Source: Carcharhinus longimanus
Taxonomy: Eukaryota
Assembly: GCA_030264375.1 (NCBI GenBank)
Contig: JASCQW010000109.1
Span: 35,710,361-35,774,360 of the forward strand
DNA: 64,000 nucleotides
Reading direction: 5' to 3'
Shown here piece by piece: positions 35,738 to 49,100 of the stretch. The notes under the pieces are model-generated. The model was not told where the DNA came from. It did not search any database and saw nothing but the letters and a program-made list of their open reading frames with translations. A program made the translations under genes and the position numbers. Position 1 is the first letter of the stretch, and every line of letters begins with the position of its first letter.

Positions 35738-36075
35738 GGGGGTGGCACATTGGTTAGGACCGCTATCTCACAGCTCCAAGGAGCCAGGTTCAATTCTAGA
35801 CTTGGGTTAAAGTCTGTTTGGGGTTTGAACATTCTCCTCGTGTTTGCATGGGTTTCCTCAAGGTGCTCCAGATTCCTCCCATAGTCCAAAGATATGCCGG
35901 TTAGGTGGATTGGCCATGTTAAATTGACAGTGTCCCATGCTATGTAGATTAGATGGATTAGCCTTGGGAAAAGTGTGAGGTTACAGGGATAGTGTGGGGG
36001 AGAGGGCCTGTGTAAATTACTCTGTCAGAGAGTTGGTGCTAAATGGCCTTTTCTGCACTGTAGGGAATTTATGAT
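35738..36075 (+). mobile_element. HE1-type SINE
   Basis: GGTGGCACATTGGTTAGGAC..GGGTTTCCTCAAGGTGCTCCAG..AAATGGCCTTTTCTGCACTGTAGGGA. Confidence 0.87.
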
Positions 36076-36324
36076 GCAGCAGCAAAATTTCTATCTTTTG
36101 ATAAAAAGTAATCCTTTCATTATAGTTTCACAGGAACACATAGCACAAATATTAAAAATGATTCTCAATTATTGGAACATTAAGTTACAAAAATAGCACA
36201 TGTTCAGTTCAACTAATAGATTACATGGTAGGAAGTAGCATTGTCTAGTGTGAAACAAATAGGCAGCTATGTCCTAGCTATAAGTCCTCAGGCTGATTTT
36301 GGTCATGATCATGATAGTGACAAA

Positions 36325-36486
36325 TAATGTTCCCTCTAATTTCCCTTTGAGGTTGTGTTCAGCCTGTTTGTTGTACTATATGTGTGATCAGCGTAAAGAG
36401 ACTGCTGCTTGTTCTATTTATTCCCTGCACAGTAAGTTCTGGAGTGCTGCATGGGTGTGCCTTCATTCAGCTTAGAGGAAACATTA
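36325..36486. mobile_element. hAT-like MITE (~162 bp)
   Basis: TIR TAATGTTCCCTCTAA / TTAGAGGAAACATTA (1 mismatch); flanks share ACAAA, possibly a decayed TSD. Confidence 0.62.
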
Positions 36487-38054
36487 GAACAAATGGTGTC
36501 AGTACACTGTCTGGTGTAAGTCAAATTGAGCTATGCTATACAGTGCATGTGTGTGAATTAGATTGGGACATATTCAGGCTTGAATGTGATGCTGCTCTCT
36601 ATGATTAAATAGCTTGTGTGCAATTATTATCCAGGGTCACGCATGAAGATTGACCATTTAAGCGAGGTACTGGAGGATAGCTAGCACCCATGGAATTACC
36701 CCTCAGTTATCTCTGAGTGTTTTTAGGAGAGGACCCTCAATCATATTTAGTTCCTATAAAGTATTGTTTAATAAAGCCCTAGACATGGAATTGAAAATTA
36801 TTTTTTCACAAGGAAAATCTAACTGAATCTTCACTATCCTGATAATGGATGGTCAGCCTTGAAAAGCTGCAAAGATGGCAACATAAATTTTGGGATGCCC
36901 CTGCTGGAAGTTTCTGGAATTGGCCCCACCAAATATATTGAGCTGCAGGGAAGTTTCATTATTTAAATATAACTGGGCACCTGTCATTTGGGAAAAGTTT
37001 GTAATTCCTGTAGAATCTGCCTGCTGTGGGATGGGGGAAAATGATGCTGGGGTCTCCCCTAAAACCATTGTGAAACATGACCCCTTAAGGGAATCGGGAA
37101 AAGCCGAGCAAGTTTTCCAAATTTTCAGAGAACAAGACTGAATCTGAGGGTTAGACACTCCCCAGTGAGATTTACTTTCAACAGCCAGCAGGTCAGTCGA
37201 TATGAACCACAGTAGGTGCTGCTCTGATAAGTCAAAGGCCAGAAAACCTCCTGCCTGGGAGTCACAAACCAGTCATTTCCATCTGATGTGGAGAAAGGTA
37301 TCATTCCGAACAGCTGGCAGTGGAGCCTGGGTGGATACATAAGAACCTGGCTTAATCTTTAATGGTTTTTCCACAGCATGGAAGATTTAGTAGGAGGTTG
37401 CTGGATGGGCCATTGACTTTCAACCCATTTTGCCTTGTGCACTGAAGATGGATTGTATGAACTAATATGTTTTCTTCATACACCCAGTTAGCAAGAGTGA
37501 TTTATTAAACATTTCAGTCAGATAACTTGACCTTGAGTACAAGATATACTTATTTTGCACATGGAAAAAGACAGAGAGTGAGTTGTGATCTTCTGTGTTC
37601 CTGTAAGGAAACAGCAGGTGACCTCTCCAAGGTCTGAGGTTACCACCACACAATTTGGCTGGGATATAATCAAAGACTTGTGCCAACAGGAAAAAAAAAG
37701 TAATGAAGTGTTTAATGTCCTTTGTAGTTGCCAGCAAAACTGTTTCCTGTCCCCACCCCTTTTTAAGGTGAAAATTTTCTTACTGACATTAAATGTCAGG
37801 AGAGTGAAAAAGTTTCTAAAAAATCAATTCTGGATTGATTTGTTCCTGTGCGTGTATGGGTGTTGCTTAAAATTAAAATGTATGTGTTTTTATGATCATG
37901 TCAACTATAAAAATGTGTCCACTGAAGTTGGGCAAGTTAACTGTCAAGTTTGGATCAATGGGGCCACCATATGGTTAAATAGTATTCTGTCTGTCTCAGT
38001 TCAGAGTTCTTCCCAGGTCATCCAGTATTGCAAGTACAAGATGTTAAGAGACTA

Positions 38055-39470
38055 AGAGCAAAAGGGTATGTTGCCTCCCTGGTGTCAGGAGCAGGGATGT
38101 TTCAGAGTGGCTGCAGGACATTCTAAAGACGGAAGGTGAACAGTGGTCATGGTACACATTGGTACAAATGACATAGGCCAAAAATGGGAAGAAGTCCTGA
38201 AAGCTGAAAATAAGAAATTAGCAGATAATTTAAAATGCAGAACCTCAAATGTAGGAATCTCAGGCTTATTCCCAGTGCCATTTGCTAGTGACAGGAGGAA
38301 TAAGAGGATAAATCAAATGAATGTGTGACTGGAGAATTGGTGTACCAGTGAAGGGTTTAGATTCTTGAGGCATTGTGAGCAGTTCTGGGGAAGGGGGATG
38401 TATACTGGCAGGTATGCTTGGGTAAAGCTGGGACCAATATCCTCATGGGGGTTTTTGCTAGTTCTGTTGGGGACATGTTAAACTAGTTTGGTAGGGGGCT
38501 GTGAACCAAAGGATAGACATAGATGATTCAGATTCAGATCAGGAAATGGGAGGTAGAACATTAATCAGTGATGTAGGAAGTGATTCAGAAAGACAAAAGA
38601 AACAAGGGTTAGAAAGCATCCAGCAAAGGAAATTGACGGAGTTGACCTTTTATACTTCAATGCAAGGAGTATTACAAACAAGGCAGAAGAACTAAGGGCA
38701 GCATGATGTAATTGCTATAACGGAAACCTGGCTTAAGGAAGAGCAAAATTGGCCCTGGGTGTAGAGTTTTCAGGCAGGTTACTCTGACAAAAATCTAGGA
38801 GGGATAGCATTATTGGTTAAAGACTCAATTACAGTTGTAAGAAGGGATGATACACTAAATAGGCTAACAAGGCTTAATGGGTTGAACTTAGGAGTATACT
38901 ACAGACCTCCAAATAGTGAGAAGGAGATAGAAGAACAAATTTCTACCTGTTGGATTAGCAGGACAATAATTGTAGGAGACCTTATCCCGATATTAAGGAG
39001 TCGTTCACCTGATGAAGGAGCAGCTCTCCAAAGGCTCATGATTCCAAATGAACCTGTTGGATTTTAACCTGGTGTTGTGAGACTTCTTACTGTGCCTACC
39101 CCAGTCCAATGCCGGCATCTCCACATCATTATACCAATATCAACTGGGTTTCAAACAATATAACAGGCATTGAGGGTGAAAGATTCACATGCAGTGTCCA
39201 GGAATTTTGTTTTAAACAATATATGACAAGTCCAACAAGAGGAGGTGCGATTCTGGATTTATTCTTGGGGAATGAAGGTGGGCAAGTGGGTGAAGTGACA
39301 GTGGGTAATGATTTAGTACTATTATGGAAAAGGTCGGAGATAAACAAGAAGTAAAGTTTTAAACTGGGGGATGGAAAAATTCTACAAAACTGAGAAGTGA
39401 TTTGGCTGAGGTAGATTGGACAAAACTATTAAAAGATAAATCAGTAGGAAGCACTAATAAGTAAGATCCT
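38055..39470 (+). mobile_element. Decayed CR1 5' portion (ORF1 esterase + ORF2 endonuclease)
   Basis: VMVHIGTNDIG..ISGLFPVP (SGNH-like ORF1); YFNARSI.NK, DVIAITETWL, GVYYRPPNS and PTRGGAILDL.LGNE (APE). Confidence 0.85.
39003..39129 (+). mobile_element. Penelope-like 3' terminus with decayed hammerhead motif, nested in CR1
   Basis: TCAC-CTGATGA-AGGAGCAGCTCTCC-AAAG (GAAA lost), then the same tail as 32812-32942. Confidence 0.72.
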
Positions 39471-40402
39471 TTGGGTACAAAGCTTGACATGTCCCCTCCA
39501 GAAATAAGAATGGCACTGCCAAATTCTGCTACTAAATCATTGTTCAGTACCCCTATTTTCAAGCATTTGAATAATGCAGGGAATTAATCGCTAGCATGCG
39601 GATAGGAATGCTTAAATCATTGGTCTAAAACAACAACTAAATATATTCTGAAATGTTATTAAAGGACTAAATTATTGGCAATAATTGTCTAAGTTTAAAA
39701 TTGTGGAAATATCAATTTGCATAAACCTAAAAATTACATTTGGTAGTATTAGTAAACCAACGATTAATATGTTCATCAGCCAGTGATCATAAAAAGCAGA
39801 GCAATATGTGAATTAAGACAAATGGAAGTGATATAAATCCATTACAAATCCATTTAATATCACAAACAGTATTTTGAAAGCTATAATATCTTTCTTAAGC
39901 TGTTTCACTCTTTTGCTCCTTTCCTTTGAATTCTAATGAAACAAACCTGCTCATAGTTCCACATGAAAAACTCCAGTAAGTCCCTATGTTTTTTATGTTC
40001 ACAATTTACAATATATGCAAAGCTTCTTACTTTTCTCCTCTTTATAACTACTTCTATGTTAGAAAGATCTTCTGAAAAAATATACATAATCCCCTAATGA
40101 AAATTAACTTTTCACACTGACTTTAATTTTAAATTAGTATTCATATAGCGTAGGTTGTCAAAGACTCCAAATTACCAAGATTCCAAAAGAGCAGCCTTGG
40201 AAATGTTTGCCTCATAAAGTGAGCCCACCTTCAATAAGAACTTTGTTTAATTGTGACTGATTTATGACAATTGAAATCAGTGAGAAATCCAGTGAATGTT
40301 ATTTACAATCAATGTCTTTTGTCAGATTTCAGCATGAACTGGCTTTTGTCTTTAATTTCTGGGAGTGGTAAACAAAATATTGTTTCTATTTTCACTTGAG
40401 TT

Positions 40403-42480
40403 TGTAATGCTAATATAGTAATGTCACCACAGTCAGTCCTCTAGTACAACAGTGCTTTAATAAAACAAAAGCAAGTCCACATTCGTGGCTTACAACAAAT
40501 CAAGGCCTGTCTCTGCATCTACATAACCCCTCGATCCAGGCTGAGTGTGGTTTAATTCCTGCCACTCATTTCTCACTGGGTGAGCTCCCGCTTGCTCAGT
40601 AAGGAAACTCATATTCCACATAGCCCACAGGGAGATCTATTAATGACACCCTATATCCACTATAACATTCCTACCCCTTCAGGTCCACAACCAGGAATCC
40701 TGCTGGGAAGAAATTCCTTTCGCTGCTTGGCGACTGGTTTGAAGACCAGGAGGTAGATAGGATCTGGAAGCTTGAATCTAATCAGGGATTTTTGCTTTCG
40801 GAGGGAATACCAAAGTATTACTTGCATGTGCTCCTCTTCAGTTTTTTTTTACTCAGGGAACCTGCTTCCTCAGCTTCTATCTTGGAGTCTGTTTCTTCTG
40901 TGTCTGGAAGAGTGGGCTCTGGGGTGGCCTCAAGCCGTTTTCCATACAGTGCTGAGCAGTTCTAATGCTGGAAGCAAAGCCTGTTCTAGGGCTGACTCTC
41001 TGCTCCTAAAATCTACACATGCATTGTTTCCTTAAAAGGCGAAAAGCTGCAGAATGCTACGGTGCAGAGGGACCTGGGGGTCCTTGTGCACGAATCGCAA
41101 AAACCCAGTCTTCAAGTGCAGCAGGTGATCAGGAAGGCGAATGAAATGTTGGCCTTTATAGCGAGGGGGATAGAATGTAAAAGTAAGGGGGTCTTGCTGC
41201 AACTGTACAGGGTACTGGTGAGGCCGCAGCTGAAGAACTGTGTGCAGTTTTGGTCGCTGCACTTGCAGAAGGATATATTGGCTTCGGAGGGAGTGCAGAG
41301 AAGGTTCACTAGGCTGATACCGGAGATGAGGGGGTTAGCCTATGAAGAGAGACTGAATAAACTGGGTCTGTACTCGTTAGAGTTTAGAAGGCTGAGGGGG
41401 GATGTTATAGAGACATATAAGATAATGAAGGGGCTAGATAGGGTGGAGGTAGAGAGGTTCTTCCCACGTAGAAAGGATATCAGGACTAGAGGGCACAGCC
41501 TCAAGATAAGGGGGAGGGGGGGGGAGGCGGTGCAGTTTAGATCGGAGTTGAGGAGGAACTTCTTCACTCAAAGGGTAGTGAATCTCTGGAATTCTCTGCC
41601 CGTTGAAGTGATGGAGGCTACCTCGCTAAGTATATTTAAGTCACGGATAGATAGATTTCTCATAGATAAGGGAATTAAGTGTTAAGGCGGGAAAGTGGAA
41701 CTGATCCACTTCAGTTCAGCCATGATCTTATCGAATGGTGGGGCAGGCTTGAAGGGCTAGATGGCCTACTCCTGCTCCTATTTCTTATGTTCTTAAATCA
41801 CTTAAGATGACTATAATTGTCATAAACAACCATCATTTTGTTTCTTGTAGAAGGCAAAGCATTAATTGGAATATGATCACTGATGTTTCTTCCTCGTGTT
41901 CACTGTACATTTGGATAGGCTCCAATTGGAACCACCACAGCACTGACCAGTATCCATTCAGGAGCTTTGATTCTTGTGACCTTTCCTCTTTTGAATAGTG
42001 TGTTTAGGCATGAACCAAGCCTCAATTTTGCTTTGATCGCTATTACTGTCCTGTCATGGAAATTCTTTTGACCCATTTTCTTGTCTTTTTGAACTTCTGG
42101 ATTTTTCTGTTTATCAGTGAAACTCCAATGCCAAAGTTTTTTTGTCTTTTTATTTGTACCAAACGGTGTTCTGACTGAATATCTCCATATATGTACTGGA
42201 ATGTAGCTATCTTTACTCTTTAAATCCCGATTCAGTTATGAATCTGGTGGAATATTTCACGCCTTCTGATGTCTTCCCCCTTGCCAATATCCTTGTATTT
42301 GCCTTGTGGAAATTAATAATGGCATTTATTCAAGGAACCAACTGAGAATTAAATATGGTGTGTATAAAAGATCTTGCTAATTCAATGAGGAGAATGACTG
42401 CAAAGTGTTTCAGTTGAAATTTGTTCATCGTCATTGTTTCTGCTTTTTTCTTTTAAAAGTCAACTTACATTTCTCATCGA
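40403..42480 (-). mobile_element. Decayed Gypsy-type LTR retrotransposon: 3' LTR (40403-40667), PPT and internal remnants
   Basis: TGTAAT...TATAACA bounded 265-bp segment, followed directly by TTCCTACCCCTTC (minus-strand PPT GAAGGGGTAGGAA). Minus-strand remnant VVVPIGAYPNVQ*TRGRN resembles the L.VV.G..P.LLGRNW protease end. Split by the CR1 at 41031. Confidence 0.6.
41031..41797 (+). mobile_element. Young 5'-truncated CR1 LINE with uninterrupted ORF2 C-terminus (207 aa)
   Basis: ORF 41062-41685 QRDLGVLVHES..LYRVLVRPQL..CVQFWS..LGLYSLEFRRLRGD..RRNFFTQRVVNLWNSLP. CpGs retained; tail CCTACTCCTGCTCCTATTTCTTATGTTCTT; CTTAAA at both ends. Confidence 0.93.
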
Positions 42481-42989
42481 TGTATGTACTGACAGTGCCA
42501 GATACAGCTCTGGGCATGACAGCATGATTTGATCCTCAGGATATGCTGTTTCCCAGGGTCTGGGTAACTAGTTGAGTAAGTGTTGGTGCCAAGAAAGAAC
42601 ATTTTTGGACATTTTTGACCTGTTGAGAGAGTTTTAAAAATATTCTCCTGACATTTAGACCCAGTATTACTTTAAGGGTGGCTTCTGGTGTTGGACAAAA
42701 CTGGGAAGTCATATGAATGATCAGAATCTGCTTTCCTCAACTCAATTGCACCAATTTGTTTTGACTTTCAGATTTCATGTCCCCAGTCTTTCTGTTCCCA
42801 ACTGCACAGAACAGTAATTTCAGTGATGAAACATTGACTAGATTCGGCCATTAAGTTATATCCTAAATTGTATACAAGATCTGAGACAAAGCATCTACTG
42901 CTTTCCTCTTCAGCTACCTACAACCCACACCTTCTTGCTGAGAATATGTTTCTTCCTCATATTGTGGAAGAAAAGTATGTCCTTTCTGT

Positions 42990-43320
42990 TCCACATGACA
43001 ATTGTCAGGCAGGAACATTTCCTTCCAGAAGGGGAACACTTCAGCAGTCAAGGACATTCAGCCTTTGATCTTTGGGTAAGCGTTCTCCAAGGTGGCCTTC
43101 AAGACACATGACAACGCAGAAATACTGAGCAATAACTGATAGCCAAGTTCCCCACACATGAGGATGACCTCAACCAGGATCTTGGGTTCATGTCACACTA
43201 TTGGGTTCATGTGTAACCCCACCTTTTGGCCTGGACTTGCAAAATCCTACTAACTGCCCTGGTTTGAGACAATTCACACCTTTTTAACCTGTGATTAAAC
43301 CCTTCTCCACTCGCAACTTG
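42990..43320 (+). mobile_element. Penelope-like element GIY-YIG C-terminal fragment
   Basis: Translates GEHFSSQGHSAFDLWVSVLQGGLQDT*QRRNTEQ*LIAKFPTHEDDLNQDLGFMSHY. Confidence 0.78.
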
Positions 43321-43329
43321 CCAAGGCTT

Positions 43330-43620
43330 TATAAACCTCTACAACTCAGAAGCACAAGAGCAACAGATGCATGAAACTTATCATCTGCAGTTTTTCCTTC
43401 AAGCCCCACACCACCTGACTTGGAACAGTATGACTGTTCTGTCACCAACCCTACCGAAGCAACCTCTGCAAGACGTGACTAAACGGTCTGTAACTCCCTA
43501 ACAGCACTTTGGGCGTTTTTGCGCCATGTGGCCATCACCACCTTTTGAGGGAAGGTGGGGATGAGCAACAAATGCTGGCCTTATCAACCTTGTGCCTTTT
43601 CATGAAAGAATAAAAAAAAC
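43330..43620 (+). mobile_element. CR1-clade 3' tail fragment (family of 425-2020)
   Basis: ACAAGAGCAACAGATGCATG..CAAGCCCCACACCACCTGACTTGGAAC..AAATGCTGGCCTT..GAATAAAAAAAA. Confidence 0.65.
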
Positions 43621-43989
43621 TTGTTCATCTTGTGTTTTCTTGATCAGTTTTTTGAGTGCTGGACTACATAATTGAAATTTTGAGCCAACTTGTATCTAAA
43701 CACAATTTGCAAACACCTCGGTAATATCCCTTAAATTGTTAAATATGCCTGTCTGCAATTATTAAATTCCTGACTTGAGCAACTTTCTCCCTGGCATCCA
43801 GATATATCTATTAAGCCCAGAAATGGGTACATTAGAGCTGCTCCCACTTCTTATAAAAGACCTGAATTTTAACACCCCAACAACTCCCGACTCATTTGTT
43901 CATGGACAATTTTCATGAGAAATGCCAATTACGCTTGTCGCATCATTGCTGCCATGAGTGGATTTTACAAAAATGTGCACCCAATGCAT

Positions 43990-44890
43990 TGATTGTTATG
44001 GAATGTTATTGATTATAGTAAGGCATTTGATAAGGTGAAACATGAAGAATTGAGGCACATGTGAGAGTCCCTTGACCTTGAAGGAAAAAAGTCTTGCAGT
44101 GATAAAAAAATTTTATTGGGAAGAAACTGCAATTGTAAAAGTTGAAAACTACCTAAGCAAATTTGTGAAGGCCAAGAGGTGTGTTTCCTTCCCAGATTTA
44201 TTCAGATTGTATATGAAATGATATCTATACTAAGGTTACCGGTTAACATGCACCATAAGACTGCACAGCAGCGAGGTTGCTTTAACTTCATTTGTATGTA
44301 TCAATTGTAATTCTTAGAGATAGAAGATCTTCCTAGATTATTAACTGGAGGTTGCACCCTGAATAATATATGTAGATGCCACTTCTCATTGCTGACTCTG
44401 AAGGAAAACTGGAAAGCTTTTGGTTAAAGTAGTGAGTAAAAGTGAGAAGGGGTGAACATAGCCACTCGTAAGAAAACAAAATGCCTAGTGGTATCTAAGA
44501 AGAAAATTATGTCAGAATGTAAGATCAACTTACATGAAAAGATCAAACAAACAAATTTTGTTACCTCGGAAATATGTTAATGTTAGATGGAAAATGTGAG
44601 AAGGATTAGAATGACCAAAGATGCATTTCAGAAAATTAAGAAGACTGTGATCAAGAGAGCTCTGGATTGCTGCATCACCAATTTTGGCACAAAGAAGCAA
44701 GTGTTAGACAATCAGTGTAGCAATACAGAAAAGAATTGAAGCTGCAGAAGTTTGATATTTGAGGTGAACAATGAGGATATCTTGGGGATAAGTAATGCTT
44801 TCAAATGAAGAGGAGTTGGTTAAATCTAAGAACAAATGAGCCACTGACCAAGATGCAGAAGAGACTGTTGGAATTTCTTGGGCACTTTAG
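43990..44890 (+). mobile_element. RTE-clade LINE RT fragment, decayed
   Basis: IDYSKAFDKVKHEEL; GCV..PDLF-like; GG.TLNNI..LIADSEGKL; RIRMTKDAFQK; KRIEAAEV*YLR..MRISW. Confidence 0.78.
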
Positions 44891-45844
44891 CTTTGTTCTT
44901 AACAATAATTACTTCTTAATGCGCGGATATTTGGGAAATTTGGAATACTTGCTCTCAACTGCATTTCGCAGATTTGTATAATGTGTGAAAAATGTGAATG
45001 CCCCAGGCACTTTTGTGATGATTTTAAACAAAATAGATGTTTAATAAACTATAACACAAGAAAATCAACTAGAAATACACTTAATTACATTATTGGCTGT
45101 ACACAGAATCTTTAAATTTACCCAGTTCCAAACCACTCTTTTTGTAATCTCTGATGTATATGACCACCTCCCCCATCCCCAAACAATATCCCTTAGGTTT
45201 TGAAACTATAAGCAAGATCCAGTAATAGTTACCTCGCCAGACACCCATATATTTTTGGGGTTGCTTCTGACTTACGAGAGAGGCAACTTCTCTAAGAGGC
45301 TTTCTCCAGACACAGCTTGTTGGAAGTTGACACAGCTTTCTGCTGTGGACTGCAGTCTAAAAACTACTCACTTCCATAGAGTGAACTTGCCTCAACTGTT
45401 TTTCCTTTTGATCTTAATCTGAACTAACCTTCAGAGGTCATTTGAGTCTTGAGCTGAAGCTGTCTTGATAGCCAAAATACCAGTACGTTTGTTTTTAAAT
45501 CAGTTTGAAGGAATGGCTAAAAGCACGGTGAACTTAAAATGCTACTAATGGTTAAATAAACCATGCGTTGTTTTAATTGCTGTGTACCAGTCAGAAACCT
45601 TTATTCTTTGAAATTATGGTAGGAAGTTGTCTTAATTGTTGATATTAATAACTTTAGTGTGGGGTTGGGTTACAGCATATTGACAGAAGAATGTGACTTT
45701 ATTTGTGACTGTTTGGTTTCAATAGAAAACATATCATTTGTTTGTCATGGAGTGTTTTCTTCTGGAGACTGAGGAAGTAACTGATAGAACCGTGTCTCAG
45801 TTTATAACTCATAAAGCAGGAGTTGAAAAGGTGGAGTGGCAGGA

Positions 45845-46176
45845 GATCATTGGATTCCTACAGTGCCGAAGAAGGTCATTCAGTCCAGCGAATCCGCACC
45901 GACTCTCTGACAGAGTACCCCATGAAGGCCCTATTCCCATACCCCCACATATTTATCCTGCTAATCCCCCTAACCTACACATATTGGGACACTAAGGAGC
46001 AATTTATCATGGCCAATTAATCTAACTTGCACACCTTTGGACTGTGGGATGAAACTGAAGCACCTGGAGGAATCCAATGCAGTCGTGGGGAGAACGTGAA
46101 ACTCCACACAGTCACTCAAGGCCAGATTTGAACCTGGGCCTGAGAGGCAGCAATGCTAACACTGTGCCACCATGCC
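45845..46176 (-). mobile_element. HE1-type SINE
   Basis: TTCCTACAGTGCCGAAGAAGG..GGGACACTAAGG..AAACTCCACACAGTCACTCAAGGCC..GCTAACACTGTGCCACCATGCC. Confidence 0.87.
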
Positions 46177-49100
46177 AATCTGTATTCTATAGCCAATAGG
46201 AGAATTGAATTTTAACCATTTCCAAAAAAAGGGAGTGCTGGACAGTGAGTTGAAGGAATAAAGGTTGGGGAACTAGTGCACTTATTGGCATAGTTTTACC
46301 ATCTCTTCAATCGTATATTTCTTCTGAATCATTCATCATTATTTCTGAGACAGAAGAAAACAGACTTTGCCGCTGTTAGCATTTAAGGAATCGTGGGTCC
46401 TCGTGGATGGAGTATTCAAGCTGTCTCCATTGCTTTTCCTTAAGGATATTTGCATTTTACTGAAATTCTGCTTAATTTGTAAACATTAGTTATTCATATC
46501 CTGAGGATGAAGCACAACTGAGGACCCTAGTGTTAGAAATTTGAACCTTAGAATTTGTTTTAATTGAAAGGACTTTATATCTTGAAACTCTACACCTTGT
46601 ATCATTCTCAGTTGTTAGTTTTCATGTTTTTTGTTTTACCACAATTTCCTGACATGACTTAGAAAAGTCTCATGCTGTTGGGAAGATGATAAATGTGTCT
46701 AAAAAAAGATAAACATGGAGGTCTATGGTTGCCAACACCCTCTTCAGACATGGTACATGAAGAGAAAGAGGAGAAAATCCCCCTATCTAAGGGTTTTTAG
46801 TAGGATGGGGCCTACTCCCCCAGAGAAAAGAGAGAAAGTTCACCACAAGGATGCAAGTTGGGGTGGATTACTCAGTTGCCTGTTTTTGTACACCACTTTG
46901 CTAAGTAGAAGTGGATAAGATTTACTTAATTGATGATTAGTGTATGCAGAAGCCCCAGTTCCTCTATGGGTAGCAATAGGAGGCTCAATAGCACAGATGT
47001 ATGAATCTTGACTTAACTTGGTGGTTGGTTCTTCAACAGCACAGCATATTTTACATGGTACTATCTAAAGGAAGGCAGGCCAGCATGATGATCAACCAGT
47101 GTAACCTAAGTGGCAACTGGGGTGCAACTGTTAATTTGTTGTCAATGTTGCAGCTACCTAGTAACATAATTGGAGGAGTTTCTTAACAGCGTTTGGATTA
47201 GCAAAGAGCTAGATGCAGATGCATGCTAACATGAACCTTAAGGCTGCACAGCAGTGAGCACAATTTCTCAATTTTTTTCTATCACTTGTTAATATTTGGA
47301 ACTAAAGCTAATGTGTTTCTTGTTGCAATGGGGAAGGAGAGTAGAGAAAGCCATTTTAATATCCAGTCCTGAGGAAAATGTTGCTGGGTCAGATTCTCCA
47401 CTTTAAAACATTGTGGGTGTACCTACACCTCAGGCCTGAAGCAGTTCAAGAAAGCAGTTCACTACCACCTTCTCCAGGTCGACTAGGGATGGACAGTAAA
47501 TGCTGTCCAGCCATGATGTTCATTCACATCCTGTAAGTGAATTAAAAAGGTAGAGGTGATATGAACAGCCAGGCCTGCATCTTAATTGAAGAAAATGCTG
47601 ACTCTTGTTCATGCAAAACACAGGTGGGAGTCCATGATCAGAATGAACACTCAGAATTTGGAAAAGTTACAAACTAAACTAGGGGAAGAGGTTTACCGTG
47701 TAATTCACACAGTGAGAAAAAGTTCTGGGATTAGATGTTACTTAGTTGGGAAAGTGAAAGGGAACATAAGATATATGCTAAATAAGAACGTAAGAAATGA
47801 AAGCAACCCATTGGAAGTTGGGAGCGACTTGTGAACTACTTGCAATAAGCATAATTCTTGGAGAATGCAATGAAATTGCAAATTTCTGTTTAATAATTAC
47901 CAATCTCTATGGAAATCTTAACGTGAACTGGAGTCTCGATAACATGACTTTATCATATCCAGTTTTCAATCTCTGTTGGCCTCCTTGGCTGCATCCTCCA
48001 CAAACTGTAACTTCCCCAGCATACAAGGGACCATTTTCAGTTCTCTTCAATGCCATTTCTCACTTTGTCTTAATGATTTTCCTTCATTTGTCTTCCTAAG
48101 AACTGATTGGCCCTCCAAATAACTCATTGTTTCTTGCATCTCATTTCTGAAGATGTTTTGAGAGTGCTTTGCTAGTCATGAAAATTCAGCATCTGATCGG
48201 TATAATTTTTTTCCTATTGGATATATAAAGCAGGTTCTCTGACTTATGATTCTGCAATCATAGATTGGATTTATTTTGAATAAATAAATGGTCAAATTCG
48301 CAGCTTCCCATAATCACTCTTTGACATGATGCTTTGACAGATGAACTGGCTGCTGCTTGACGAGTTGGGTAATTCCTGCTTTGTGTTGTTTTTTTGGGTC
48401 AAAGGGGAAAATTTACCCGATGATTTCAGTGTCATCTTTATACTTGTTAACTGTTGGTGATTTGAGAAATTAGTTAAAACCGTTATAATCATAACTGCTT
48501 TGTTAAATGTATGTCACAATTTTAAAGTCAAAACATGTTGCACTTGATTTGCAGTTTTTCACTTGAAATCATATTGAAAGCACGTGAGAAATCTATAAAA
48601 GGTAGCTAGATGGCATAATTAAACATCAATCAAGGTGATTTTGGTCTTGAGTTTTGTTGAAACCTAATTCAAGGTTTTCTATAAAACTATGAATATTCTA
48701 CCTCCTCACCATCCTAAGCATTTTGTGATCCATACATGTGTAGTTTGTAGGTGAAGAGAGAACATTTGATTAACTGCTCCTTAACTATGGTATTTCTTGA
48801 TCTTTAACCATAGTTTATTCTCCACGGGTATAGTGCTTACTCTTAACTCTTTCTCCTAGGTTCTTTTTCCAGTTTCTAACTTTCTTTACATATTTTTACA
48901 TATATTTTTCATCTTGTAGGATTACTTGCATCATGCACAATAACTGTCTAGTTATTGCAGGTCATAACATGAAGCCGAGCTCTTAAAACTTCTCCTTCTC
49001 CCTTTTCTATTAGATGCACCCTTATCCAAGTGGAATATAACCTTCAAGGAATGTGGAAGACTGTCAGAAGCTGCTCATTTAACTTCTTTGATTTCTGGCA

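Noticed and set aside
37585-38055. 156-aa ORF
   Set aside because: Non-ATG start, no recognisable motif and no splice context; consistent with chance.
43183-43213. Short direct repeat TTGGGTTCATGT x2
   Set aside because: Small slippage duplication inside a dead Penelope fragment.
48840-48965. Cluster of strong-looking splice acceptors (e.g. tttttcatcttgtag|GATTAC.. giving DYLHHAQ*); similar site near 61428
   Set aside because: Could give a receptor lacking the death domain, but cryptic acceptors are common in T-rich introns and there is no independent support.
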